Program-made: the position numbers and the translations under genes
Assembly (NCBI GenBank): GCA_965228475.1
Contig: OZ245817.1
Span: 1,408,001-1,472,000, forward strand
Origin: Myxococcota bacterium
GTDB lineage: Bacteria > Myxococcota_A > UBA9160 > JAFDDA01
Length of the DNA stretch: 64,000 nucleotides
Direction of reading: 5' to 3'
In this document: positions 39,642-48,507 of the stretch, one piece after another
Position numbering within the stretch: position 1 is the stretch's first letter
Layout: the number at the start of each line of letters is the position of its first letter
Notes under the pieces: model-generated
Told to the model about the DNA's origin: nothing
Seen by the model: the letters and a program-made list of their open reading frames with translations, nothing else
Databases searched by the model: none

Positions 39642-41048
39642 CTAGCGGCGACGGCGCCGCAGGAGCAACAGGAGCGCAAGGCCCGGGGCCAACTCCACGC
39701 CGACGCCGCAGGCCTGCGCCTCGGCTCCGCGGTAGGGGTCGACGCACTGCGGGTCCGGCGGGCCGAGCACGTAGCCGAGTGCCGCAAGGCCCCCGTCGAA
39801 GTCGAACCCGCCGTCGCCGTCGTTGTCCTGGCCATCGTTGCAGGCCGGGGACTCGCTGGCGTTCACCCCCGCGTTCTTGCAACCCACGTCGGCCAGATCG
39901 ACGGTGCCGTCCGCATCGTCGTCCAGGCCGTTCGCGCACGCGGGAAGGAGGCTGCGTGGATCGAACGTCGCGTCGATCTGGAGCCCCATGGGTGTGGCGA
40001 TGTCCTGCCAGGGGACGACCTTGAAATTCTGGTTGTCCGAGCCGTTGCAGCAGTCCTGGGCGGCGAACAGGCCGCTCGGAAAGGCCGGCCCGAGGTTGGC
40101 GCTCGTCACGACGATGCCGTCCGTATCGGCCGCGCCGTCGATCGTCGGCCCGTCGACGATGTCGAACTTCCCGAGATAGGCGTTCGTGCCGGTGCGGTCG
40201 TAGACGTTGAACTCGTTCGCCCCCTGGCTCGAGGCGATCAGGTAGCCGGTGCCGGCCGTCGTGTAGTAGAGACTCAGCCCCTCGATGTCGGCCGTCAGGT
40301 TCCCGGTGCCGACGGTGTCGATGAGGGTGCGCGCGCTTCCGTCGGCGGGGCCGGCTCCGTAGCGCCACAGGGCGACGTTCTCCTCGCCGATGTAGAGCTG
40401 GTCGAGCTCGTCGTCGGCGACACAGCCTTCGACCTGGGTGCCGACGTCGAAGCTCCGCACGAGCGTGCCTTCGACGGCGCCGGAGCCGTCGTCGGTGAGT
40501 TCGTACTGCTCGACTTCGCCGTTCTTGGCGGTGACGTAGCCGTAGAACAGGCCCGTCGTCGTGCTGCGGTACATGCAGAAACCGTAGACGGTGATCCCGG
40601 TCGCGATGCCCCCTGGGACGGTGACGTTGGTCAGGAAGCCGGTGCTCGGGTCGATGCTCCAGACCTCGATCGTGTCGTTCGAGCGGTTGCTCCCCGCGAC
40701 GATGTCGACGACCTGTCCCCCGAGCTCGAAGCCGTAGCGGACCTCGATGTTGTTGATCTGCCCTTCGACGAGGTACTGCACCTCTGCGCCCGAGAGGTCG
40801 TAGGCCACGATCGCCGCGATCTTGTCGGTCCCGAAGATCAGGCTCGAGGCCCGGTTCGTCGGGTGGACCCAGACCGCGGGGTCGTCCGCCGCGTCGTTCG
40901 CATTGGGGACCGGGTCCGTCTCGACCGTCGCGAGCACGGACGTCTGGGCGGGGGCGGCCTGCGGGAGGGCGGCGGCGGCCAGGCAGAGGGCGGCGAAGAG
41001 GGGGATCGCGGATCGGCGTCGCAGGCGGGGTCGGTGTCGCAGGCGCAT
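39642..41048 (-). CDS. Beta-propeller phytase with C-terminal Cys/Asp repeats and membrane sorting tail
   Basis: AADDPAVWVHP, GTDK, QVEGCVAD, ADIEGL, SSQG, QNFKVV; tail ACGVGVELAPGLALLLLLRRRRR. Confidence 0.92.
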   Translation of the reverse strand: MRLRHRPRLRRRSAIPLFAALCLAAAALPQAAPAQTSVLATVETDPVPNANDAADDPAVWVHPTNRASSLIFGTDKIAAIVAYDLSGAEVQYLVEGQINNIEVRYGFELGGQVVDIVAGSNRSNDTIEVWSIDPSTGFLTNVTVPGGIATGITVYGFCMYRSTTTGLFYGYVTAKNGEVEQYELTDDGSGAVEGTLVRSFDVGTQVEGCVADDELDQLYIGEENVALWRYGAGPADGSARTLIDTVGTGNLTADIEGLSLYYTTAGTGYLIASSQGANEFNVYDRTGTNAYLGKFDIVDGPTIDGAADTDGIVVTSANLGPAFPSGLFAAQDCCNGSDNQNFKVVPWQDIATPMGLQIDATFDPRSLLPACANGLDDDADGTVDLADVGCKNAGVNASESPACNDGQDNDGDGGFDFDGGLAALGYVLGPPDPQCVDPYRGAEAQACGVGVELAPGLALLLLLRRRRR

Positions 41049-41100
41049 CGGACGTCTCCTCGTGTGCCGCCCATCATACCCCGGAGGCGGGTTCCCCTGC

Positions 41101-42189
41101 CTACGAGCCGAGGACCTCGCCGAGCACGCGTTCGAGAGGCCCTTCGTAGCTCCGGACCGAGTCGATCATCGCGGCACCGCCCGGAATCCGCTTGTCCATC
41201 GCATCGAGCAGGTAGAGCGCGGCGAACTCCGGCGCGAAGTCGAGGGGCAGGTCGAGGGCCGTGAAGTACCGCTCGAAGGGTGCCCGGAAGGGCGAACCCT
41301 CGGAGGGCAGGAGGTCCCGGAGCCGCGCCCGCTCGAAGGGCTCGCGCCCGTCCAGGGCCGGGTCGCGGTTCCAGTAGAAGTGGATCAGGTCGAGGCCGGC
41401 GTGGTGGGCCGGGTGGGTCTGGTCGAAGTCGAGGAGGCCGCGTACGCGCCCCGAGTCGGGCTCGACCAGGACGTTCCCGTGGTGGAAGTCGCCGTGGCAG
41501 AAGACGGAGGGCAGGGCGACCGCGGCCGAGCGGCGGCGGAAGTGCTCCGCGAACGCCCGCAGCCGGGCCGTGGCATCCGCCGAGACCCAGCCGCAGGCGT
41601 CGATCCGGCCCACGGCCGCGTCAACGGAGCGGGCGAGTTCGGCGCTGGCGCCCGGGGTGCGGGTCTCGCGGTGCAGCTGGATCAACAGCTCGATGGCCGC
41701 GCGAACGCTGCGCTCGTAGTGCTCTCGGTCATCCTGGAGCTCGATCAACGGGATCCCGGCCAGCCGTTCCTCGACGGCCACGATGATCCCCGAGTCGAGT
41801 TGGGTCGCTCCGAAGCTCTCGGGCAGCAGGCGCCGCAGGCTCTCGGAGAGGCGTTCGTCGCCGGCCAGGTTCCGCAGGCCCACGGCCGAGGCGAGGACCC
41901 GGTCCCGGAAGCGGGGAACGAGCCCGATCTTGAGCAGGAGCTCGCGCTCGGGGGTTCGGCGCGTTCGGACCGGAACGAGCATCGCGCCGCTGTACTCGGC
42001 CCAGATCGGGGGGCTCCCGGTTCGCTCGAGCGGTTCGCCGACGAGCCCCGTCCCGGCGGCCAGCAGAGGTGTGAAGCGCGGCGGCGAGAGCCAGCGGATC
42101 TCTCGGAGTCGGCGGCGCAGCGTCAGGCCGACGGTTCGGAGTGGCCGCCAGAGCGATCGCTTCAGGCGGTCGACGAGCCAGGGCTGGAT
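41101..42189 (-). CDS. Aminoglycoside/choline phosphotransferase (APH-like) kinase
   Basis: LLKIG, VEERLAG, CHGDFHHGNVLV, LDFD. Frame is open up to 42246; ATC at 42189 follows GGAGG; first ATG is 41982. Confidence 0.8.
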   Translation of the reverse strand: MQPWLVDRLKRSLWRPLRTVGLTLRRRLREIRWLSPPRFTPLLAAGTGLVGEPLERTGSPPIWAEYSGAMLVPVRTRRTPERELLLKIGLVPRFRDRVLASAVGLRNLAGDERLSESLRRLLPESFGATQLDSGIIVAVEERLAGIPLIELQDDREHYERSVRAAIELLIQLHRETRTPGASAELARSVDAAVGRIDACGWVSADATARLRAFAEHFRRRSAAVALPSVFCHGDFHHGNVLVEPDSGRVRGLLDFDQTHPAHHAGLDLIHFYWNRDPALDGREPFERARLRDLLPSEGSPFRAPFERYFTALDLPLDFAPEFAALYLLDAMDKRIPGGAAMIDSVRSYEGPLERVLGEVLGS

Positions 42190-42384
42190 GGCGGCCTCCG
42201 ATCGTTGGTCGCGGGCGTCGAACCTTCCCCTACGTCGCGACGGAGTTCAAGGTCGCGCAGGCGGCCAGCCTGCGGCGTGCGGAAGGCCTGCCCGGTTTTG
42301 CGCCTCGGAACCCCTTCTACTAGCCTTTTCAACGCCTTGGCTCCCAGGCCTCGGCCCCGGCGTCTTCCCGCAGAAGGAGGCTCG

Positions 42385-44697
42385 ATGGCCCCGGACGCCT
42401 CCCCGCAGCTGCCCCCGCCGCCCGAGCGCCGTCCGCCGGTCCCCGAGCAGCGTTCGTCCGCTCCCGAGCGCCGTCCGCCGGTCCCGCTGCCGGCGCACGA
42501 GATTCGCCGCCGGCGGCGCGAGCTCGCGATCAGCGCCTTCGTGCTGGCGGGCATCGCGGGCGTCGCACTCTTCCAGGACCAGCTCGTGGACTTCACGCGG
42601 CCGCTCCAGGTCGGCGACAGCGTGATGTTCTTCTTCCTGAACGCCGTCACGATCACCCTGATCCTGCTGCTGATCTTCCTGCTCTCCCGCAACGTCATCA
42701 AGCTCCTGTTCGAGCGCCGCCAGGGCATCCTCGGATCCCACCTGAACTGGAAGTTCGTCGGCGCCTTCGTCCTGATCGCGACCGTCCCCACGCTCATCCT
42801 GTTCATCATCTCACTCGTCCTGATCAACGCCTCCATCCACACCTGGTTCAGCCTCCAGGTGGATCAGGCCCTCGACCAGAGCCGCGAGGTCGCCGAGACC
42901 TACTACGAATCGGGCAAGCAGAACGCGCTCTACTACGGCCACCAGATCGCCGGCCGCATCACCACCGGGCGGCTCCTGCGCGAGGAGCGGCTCGAGGACC
43001 TCGCCGAGCTGATCCGTCAGAAGCAGACCGAGTACAACCTCGGCGTGGTGGAGGTGTTCAGCGCGACGGGCGAGGAGCTCGTGGTCGCGGTGAATCCGGA
43101 GATCCCGCTGGCGCGCTTCTCGAGCCTCGACAACGCCCTCGTGCAGCAGGCGCTCGCCGGGGACGAGAGCTTCGTCGTCCAGCCTTCGGGGACGGGCGAC
43201 GTGATCCGCGGCGCGGTGCCGATCTCCTCGAGCTTCCGGCCCGAGGACACGGTCGGCGTGGTGGTGGTGAACTACTGGGTGCCGTTCAGTCTCTCGCGCA
43301 AGGTCGAGGCGATCCGGGCGGCCCTCGACGAATACCGGAACCTGAAGCCGAACGAGCGGCGCGTGCGCGTCGTGTACCAGCTCCAGCTCCTGCTCGTCTT
43401 CCTCGTGATCCTGCTGCTGGCGACGTGGTGGGGCTTCCGGCTGGCCCGCGGCGTCACCGGCCCGATCAAGGCCCTCGCCGAAGGCACGGCGGAGGTCGCG
43501 AAGGGCAACCTCGACGTCGTGGTCGAGAAATCCTCCGACGACGAGATCGGCTTCCTGGTCGACTCCTTCAACGACATGACCGCCGACCTTTCTTCGGCGC
43601 GCAGCCAGATCGAACGCTCCCAGTCGGACCTCGACGAGCGCCGCCGCTACATGGAGATCGTGCTGCGCAACGTCGGCGCGGGCGTGGTCTCCGTCGACGC
43701 CGAGGGCTGCATCAGCACGATCAACCCCTCGGCCCAGCGCATCCTCTCGCTTCCGCCGGGCGGCGAGCTCGTCGGGCGCAAGCTCGAGGACGTGCTGCCG
43801 GGCGAGGCCCACGCGGAGATCGTGCGCGATCTCCCGAGCGAGCTCCGCGCGGGCATGCGCGAGAGCATCCGCCGCCAGGTCCAGGTGCCGCGCGGCGACG
43901 AGGTCCTGACCCTGCTCGTCACGATGACCCTGCTCCAGGACGAGGACGACCGCCCGCTCGGCACCGTGATCGTGCTCGACGACTACTCCCAGCTCGTGCG
44001 GGCCCAGCGCATGGCGGCCTGGCGCGAGGTCGCCCGCCGCATCGCCCACGAGATCAAGAACCCGCTCACGCCGATCCAGCTCTCGAGCCAGCGCATCCGC
44101 CGCCGCTTCCGCGACCGCCTGGCCGACGACCCGGACGCCACACGCGTCTTCGACGAGTGCGTGGACACGATCTCGAGCCAGGTCGACAGCCTGAAGGTGC
44201 TGGTGAACGAGTTCTCGAACTTCGCGCGGCTGCCCGCGGCGAACCTGCGCCCGGACGACCTGAACGGCGTCGTGCGCGAAGCCGTCGCGAGCTACCAGGG
44301 CGTCGACGGCGTGCGCTTCGAGACGGCGCTCGATGCCGCGCTCCCCGATGTCGAGATCGACCGCGAGCAGCTCCGGCGCCTGCTCACGAACCTGATCGAC
44401 AACGCCGTGGCCGCGGTGCAATCGCAGGGGGAGGGCGGCACGATCGAACTGCGCACGGCCCACGATGCGCCCCTCCAGACGATCCGCCTCGAAGTGGCCG
44501 ACGACGGCCCCGGCATCAAGGCCGCGACGCGCCGGCGCCTGTTCGAGCCCTACTACTCGACGAAGGACGGCGGCACGGGCCTCGGCCTCGCCATCGTCTC
44601 CCGTATCGTCGCGGACCATCGCGGCTACATTCGCGTGCACGAGAACCGGCCCCGGGGCACCCGCTTCATCGTGGAGTTCCCGGAGCGGAGCGCCTAG
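42385..44697 (+). CDS. ntrY: NtrY-like sensor histidine kinase (HAMP-PAS-HisKA-HATPase)
   Basis: AAGGAGG SD; TM helices; AWREVARRIAHEIKNPLTPIQLS, NLIDNA, DDGPG, GTGLGL. Confidence 0.93.
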   Translation: MAPDASPQLPPPPERRPPVPEQRSSAPERRPPVPLPAHEIRRRRRELAISAFVLAGIAGVALFQDQLVDFTRPLQVGDSVMFFFLNAVTITLILLLIFLLSRNVIKLLFERRQGILGSHLNWKFVGAFVLIATVPTLILFIISLVLINASIHTWFSLQVDQALDQSREVAETYYESGKQNALYYGHQIAGRITTGRLLREERLEDLAELIRQKQTEYNLGVVEVFSATGEELVVAVNPEIPLARFSSLDNALVQQALAGDESFVVQPSGTGDVIRGAVPISSSFRPEDTVGVVVVNYWVPFSLSRKVEAIRAALDEYRNLKPNERRVRVVYQLQLLLVFLVILLLATWWGFRLARGVTGPIKALAEGTAEVAKGNLDVVVEKSSDDEIGFLVDSFNDMTADLSSARSQIERSQSDLDERRRYMEIVLRNVGAGVVSVDAEGCISTINPSAQRILSLPPGGELVGRKLEDVLPGEAHAEIVRDLPSELRAGMRESIRRQVQVPRGDEVLTLLVTMTLLQDEDDRPLGTVIVLDDYSQLVRAQRMAAWREVARRIAHEIKNPLTPIQLSSQRIRRRFRDRLADDPDATRVFDECVDTISSQVDSLKVLVNEFSNFARLPAANLRPDDLNGVVREAVASYQGVDGVRFETALDAALPDVEIDREQLRRLLTNLIDNAVAAVQSQGEGGTIELRTAHDAPLQTIRLEVADDGPGIKAATRRRLFEPYYSTKDGGTGLGLAIVSRIVADHRGYIRVHENRPRGTRFIVEFPERSA
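42421..42485 (+). repeat. 23-bp direct repeat in the 5' end of ntrY (PERRPPVP x2)
   Basis: cccgagcgccgtccgccggtccc at 42421-42443 and 42463-42485. Confidence 0.85.
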
Positions 44698-44729
44698 CGC
44701 ATGGCGACCGGCCCGAACGGAGCGACTCG

Positions 44730-46094
44730 TTGAGCCACATCCTGATCGTCGACGACGAAGAGAGCATCTGCCGCTCGCTGTCCGGGATCCTCGAAGACGA
44801 GGGCTTCGCCACGAGCTCCGCCGAGAACGGCGAGGTCGCCCTCGACCGGCTCGAGAAGGCGGACCTGCCGGACCTCGTCCTGCTCGACATCGCGATGCCC
44901 GGCCGCGACGGGATCGAGGTGCTCGAGGCCATCCGGGAGCGCGGCCAGCGCCTGCCCGTGATCATGATGAGCGGCCACGGCACGATCGAGACCGCGGTCA
45001 AGGCGACCCGTCTCGGCGCCTACGACTTCATCGAGAAGCCGCTCTCCTTCGACAAGCTGCTGCTCACCATCCAGCACGCCCTCGAGCAGGACCGGCTGCG
45101 CAAGGAGAACCTCGCCCTGCGCGGCGAAGCCATCCGCGCGCGCGAGATCCTCGGCAACTCCGAGCCCGTCCGCCGGCTGAAGGCGCAGATCGACCAGGCG
45201 GCGCCCACCAACGGCTGGGTGCTCATCACCGGGGAGAACGGGACGGGCAAGGAGCTCGTGGCGCGCCAGCTCCACGTGCGCAGCAAGCGCGCCGAGGGCC
45301 CCTTCATCGACGTGAACTGCGCGGCGATCCCCGAGGAGCTGATCGAGTCCGAGCTCTTCGGCCACGAGCGCGGGGCCTTCACCGGGGCCATCGCCCAGAA
45401 GCGCGGCCGCTTCGAGCTCGCGCACCAGGGCACGCTCTTCCTCGACGAGATCGCGGACATGAGCCTGATGACCCAGGCGAAGATCCTGCGCATCCTCCAG
45501 GAGCGGAAGTTCGAACGCGTCGGCGGGACGGCCTCGATCGAAGTCGACGTGCGCGTGATCGCCGCCACGAACAAGGATCTCGTGAAGGAGATCGAGGGCG
45601 GCCGCTTCCGCGAGGACCTCTACTACCGCCTGAACGTGATCCCCTTCCAGGTTCCGCCCCTGCGCGAGCGGCGCGAGGACATCCCGGAGCTCGTCGAGGC
45701 CTTCGCCCGCGAGTTCTGCGCCGACTCCGGCGTACGCCCGAAGGAGATCACGCCCGAGGCGATCGAGCGGCTCCAGGCCCAGCCCTGGCCCGGCAACGTC
45801 CGCGAGCTGCGGAACCTGCTCGAGCGCCTCGTGCTGATGACGCCCGGGCCGCGCATCGAGGCCGAGGACGTGCCGAGCCAGGGTCCGAGTGCCGCGGCGG
45901 GGACGTCGGCCTTCCACGCGGACCTCACGGGGACGCTCGAGGACGCCCGCCGCAACTTCGAGCGCACGTTCCTGACGGCTCGCCTGAAGGAGCACGGCGG
46001 GAACATCTCGCGCACGGCCGACGCCATCGGGCTCGCCCGGGAGACGCTCTCCCGCAAGATCCGCGCCCTCGGGATCGACGCCGAGAAGGCGTGA
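44730..46094 (+). CDS. ntrX: NtrX/NtrC-family sigma54-dependent response regulator
   Basis: TTG start; ILIVDDE, LDIAMP, GENGTGKE, ESELFGHERGAFTGA, WPGNVRELRN, Fis-type HTH. Confidence 0.93.
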   Translation: MSHILIVDDEESICRSLSGILEDEGFATSSAENGEVALDRLEKADLPDLVLLDIAMPGRDGIEVLEAIRERGQRLPVIMMSGHGTIETAVKATRLGAYDFIEKPLSFDKLLLTIQHALEQDRLRKENLALRGEAIRAREILGNSEPVRRLKAQIDQAAPTNGWVLITGENGTGKELVARQLHVRSKRAEGPFIDVNCAAIPEELIESELFGHERGAFTGAIAQKRGRFELAHQGTLFLDEIADMSLMTQAKILRILQERKFERVGGTASIEVDVRVIAATNKDLVKEIEGGRFREDLYYRLNVIPFQVPPLRERREDIPELVEAFAREFCADSGVRPKEITPEAIERLQAQPWPGNVRELRNLLERLVLMTPGPRIEAEDVPSQGPSAAAGTSAFHADLTGTLEDARRNFERTFLTARLKEHGGNISRTADAIGLARETLSRKIRALGIDAEKA

Positions 46095-47326
46095 CCTCCG
46101 GCATGATCCGGCCCGCAAGGCCCGCGGACGCGGCAGCGCTCGCGGAGATCGACCGCGCGGCGCTCCCGGAGGCGAACGCGCCCCTCGACGTGGCGGCGCT
46201 GCTCGCGGAAGCCCGGGCGGAGCTCGCGGTCTTCGAACGCGCGGGCCGCATCCTCGGGTTCGTCGCCACGGGCCGGGCCGCGGACGAAGTCGAGATCCAG
46301 GCCATTGCCGTCGCCGAAGGGTCGCGCCGCGCCGGTGTGGGCAGCGCGCTCCTGGCCGCGGCCCTCGACGCCGCCGCGCGCCGCGGGGCGCGCAAGGCCT
46401 TCCTCGAGGTGCGCGCCTCGGACGAAGGCGCCCGGCGCTTCTACGTGCAACGGCGTTTCCGTGAGATCGGACGGAGGCCGCGCTATTACCGGAGCGGGGA
46501 GGATGCGGTCCTGATGACGCGCGAGATCGGCCCGCTGCGCACCGTGGCGGAGGTCGTCAGCAACGAACGCGACGGCGCGACGGGCTTCCGTCTCGCCCTG
46601 CGTGTCCCGGGCTGGCCCGGCGCCGAGCCCGGCCAGTTCGTGATGCTGACGCCCGACGCCGGGGGCGAGGTCGTCCGCAACGACCCGCTCCTCCCCCGGC
46701 CGATGGCGATCTACCGGACCCTCGCCTCGGGCGACGTCTTCGAGGTGCTCTACAAGGTCGTCGGCCGCGGGACGAGCCTCCTGGCCGGCGCCGCACCCGG
46801 GGATGCCGTCGGCGTCGTCGGCCCGCTGGGGCGCGGCTTCGCGGCGCCGTCCCCGGGCGAGCACGCGCTGCTCGTCGGCGGCGGCACCGGGACGGCCTCG
46901 CTCCTCGACCAGGCCGAACGCGCCGCCAAGGCCGGCCGCGCGACGGTGATGCTCGGCGCGCGCACCGAGGGCGACCTGATCGGCCTGCCCGAATTCCGCG
47001 CCCTCGGCGTGGAACTCGAGCTCGCGACCGAGGACGGCAGCTTCGGCCACGCCGGCCGCGTGACCGAGCCGCTCGCCAAGGCCCTCGCGAGCGCCGAGAA
47101 CCCCGTCGTCTACGCCTGCGGGCCGACGCCCATGATGCGCGCCGCCGCGGCCCTCGCCGCCGAACACGGCGCCCCCTGCCACGTTTCGCTCGAGAACCCG
47201 ATGGCCTGCGGCTTCGGCGTCTGCCTCGGCTGCGCCGCCCCGCTTTCGGGCGGCGGCTTCGCCCTGGTCTGCCGCGACGGCCCGGTCTTCGAGGCCGCGG
47301 ACGTCGACTGGGACCACCTCTCGTGA
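46091..47326 (+). CDS. pyrK: RimI-like GNAT acetyltransferase fused in frame to dihydroorotate dehydrogenase electron-transfer subunit PyrK
   Basis: IAVAEGSRRAGVG, FLEVRASD, RYYRSGEDAVLM, then PGQFVML, RPMAI, GGGTG, ACGP, MACGFGVCLGC..C.DGPVF with no stop between. Starts at GTG 46091 or ATG 46103. Confidence 0.88.
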   Translation: MTSGMIRPARPADAAALAEIDRAALPEANAPLDVAALLAEARAELAVFERAGRILGFVATGRAADEVEIQAIAVAEGSRRAGVGSALLAAALDAAARRGARKAFLEVRASDEGARRFYVQRRFREIGRRPRYYRSGEDAVLMTREIGPLRTVAEVVSNERDGATGFRLALRVPGWPGAEPGQFVMLTPDAGGEVVRNDPLLPRPMAIYRTLASGDVFEVLYKVVGRGTSLLAGAAPGDAVGVVGPLGRGFAAPSPGEHALLVGGGTGTASLLDQAERAAKAGRATVMLGARTEGDLIGLPEFRALGVELELATEDGSFGHAGRVTEPLAKALASAENPVVYACGPTPMMRAAAALAAEHGAPCHVSLENPMACGFGVCLGCAAPLSGGGFALVCRDGPVFEAADVDWDHLS

Positions 47327-48243
47327 GCGACGCCGTCGACAGCGCCGTCGATCTCGGCGGGATCGCGCTCCGCAATCCGGTGCTCACCGCCTCGGGCACC
47401 TTCGGCTACGGCACGGAGTTCGCGCCCTTCCTCGACCTCACGACGATCGGCGGCTTCGTCGCGAAGAGCCTGACCCTCGAGCCGCGCACCGGGAACCTGC
47501 CGGCGCGCATCCACGAGACCGCCGCGGGCATGCTGAACGCCATCGGTCTCGAGAACGTCGGCGTCGAGGCCTTCATCTCCAAGAAACTCCCGCAGATCCC
47601 GGACGGCGTCCCGGTCGTGGCGAGCATCTTCGGCACCGCGCCCGCCCAGTACGCCGAGGTGTGCAAGCGGCTGACCGGCGTGCCCCAGGTCGCCGGGGTC
47701 GAGATCAACGCCTCCTGCCCGCACGTGAAGGCCGGCGGCATCGAGTTCGGCCAGAACCCGGAGCTGCTCGCCGGACTGGTGCGCGAGTGCCGCGGCGCGA
47801 CGACCCTGCCGCTGCTCGTGAAGCTCTCGCCCAACGTCACCTCGATCGCCGAGATGGCCCGCGTCGCGGAGGGGGAGGGCGCCGACGGCCTCGCGATGAT
47901 CAACACGCTCCAGGCCATGGACGTCGACCTCGAGACCCGCCGCCCGGTCCTGCGCAACGTGCTCGGGGGGCTCTCCGGGCCGGCGATCCTGCCCGTGGCC
48001 CTGCGCATGGTCTTCCAGGCCTCCCAGGCCGTGGGCATCCCGATCTGCGGAATCGGCGGGATCATGAGCGGCGAGGACGCCGTGAAGTTCCTGCTGTGCG
48101 GTGCGACCGCCGTCCAGGTGGGCACCGCGAGCTACCTCGATCCGGGCGCCGCGGGCCGCGTGGCCGCCGGAATCGAGGCGTATTGCCGCGACCACGGGGT
48201 CGCCGCCGTCCGCGACCTGACGGGGGCCCTGGAAACCGGCTGA
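47323..48243 (+). CDS. pyrD: Dihydroorotate dehydrogenase family 1B catalytic subunit
   Basis: ASGTFGYG, NAIGLEN, EINASCPH, VKLSPN, INT, GGLSG. Confidence 0.96.
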   Translation: MSDAVDSAVDLGGIALRNPVLTASGTFGYGTEFAPFLDLTTIGGFVAKSLTLEPRTGNLPARIHETAAGMLNAIGLENVGVEAFISKKLPQIPDGVPVVASIFGTAPAQYAEVCKRLTGVPQVAGVEINASCPHVKAGGIEFGQNPELLAGLVRECRGATTLPLLVKLSPNVTSIAEMARVAEGEGADGLAMINTLQAMDVDLETRRPVLRNVLGGLSGPAILPVALRMVFQASQAVGIPICGIGGIMSGEDAVKFLLCGATAVQVGTASYLDPGAAGRVAAGIEAYCRDHGVAAVRDLTGALETG

Positions 48244-48292
48244 GCCTGGGCTGAAAAGCCCTCGATCCGGGCCGGCGGGCGGGTCCCGCGGC

Positions 48293-48321
48293 TTGCAAAA
48301 CCCCGGGGATTTTCATAGGTT
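48293..48321 (+). promoter_or_regulatory. sigma70-type promoter of the rimP-nusA-infB operon
   Basis: TTGCAA-17 bp-TAGGTT. Confidence 0.65.
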
Positions 48322-48414
48322 GCGCCCTTGCTGCGCGAGGGCGGTCCGGCACGCCGGGGCCGTCGCCGCGTGCCTGCCGCCAGGGTGCCTCTGGGTACGG
48401 GCTGCGCAGGTGTG

Positions 48415-48448
48415 AGAAGTGGACGCTCTCGTCCGCTTCTTTTTGTTT
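48415..48448 (+). promoter_or_regulatory. rimP leader hairpin / attenuator
   Basis: agaagtggac-gctctc-gtccgcttct stem followed by a T-tract, about 60 bp upstream of rimP. Confidence 0.7.
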
Positions 48449-48507
48449 GGAGCGCTGGTTCAGAGTCGTCCGGCGCTCGGAGGGTGCGGCGTGCGGGAGA
48501 CGCGGGG

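Noticed and set aside
41101..41982. Aminoglycoside resistance gene
   Set aside because: Only the generic APH/choline kinase fold motifs are present, with no mobile-element context.
40822..42384. 521-aa N-terminal extension of NtrY in the ORF track
   Set aside because: It is antisense to the APH kinase and phytase; a strong AAGGAGG SD supports ATG 42385.
43425..46090. Long upstream extensions of NtrX and RimI-PyrK (likewise 51803 for DUF503 and 58004 for PurB)
   Set aside because: Off-frame Arg/Pro-rich read-through of upstream genes, not real fusions.
48244..48507. tRNA-Met often found upstream of rimP
   Set aside because: No cloverleaf or T-loop (GTTCRA) found; only a promoter and leader hairpin.
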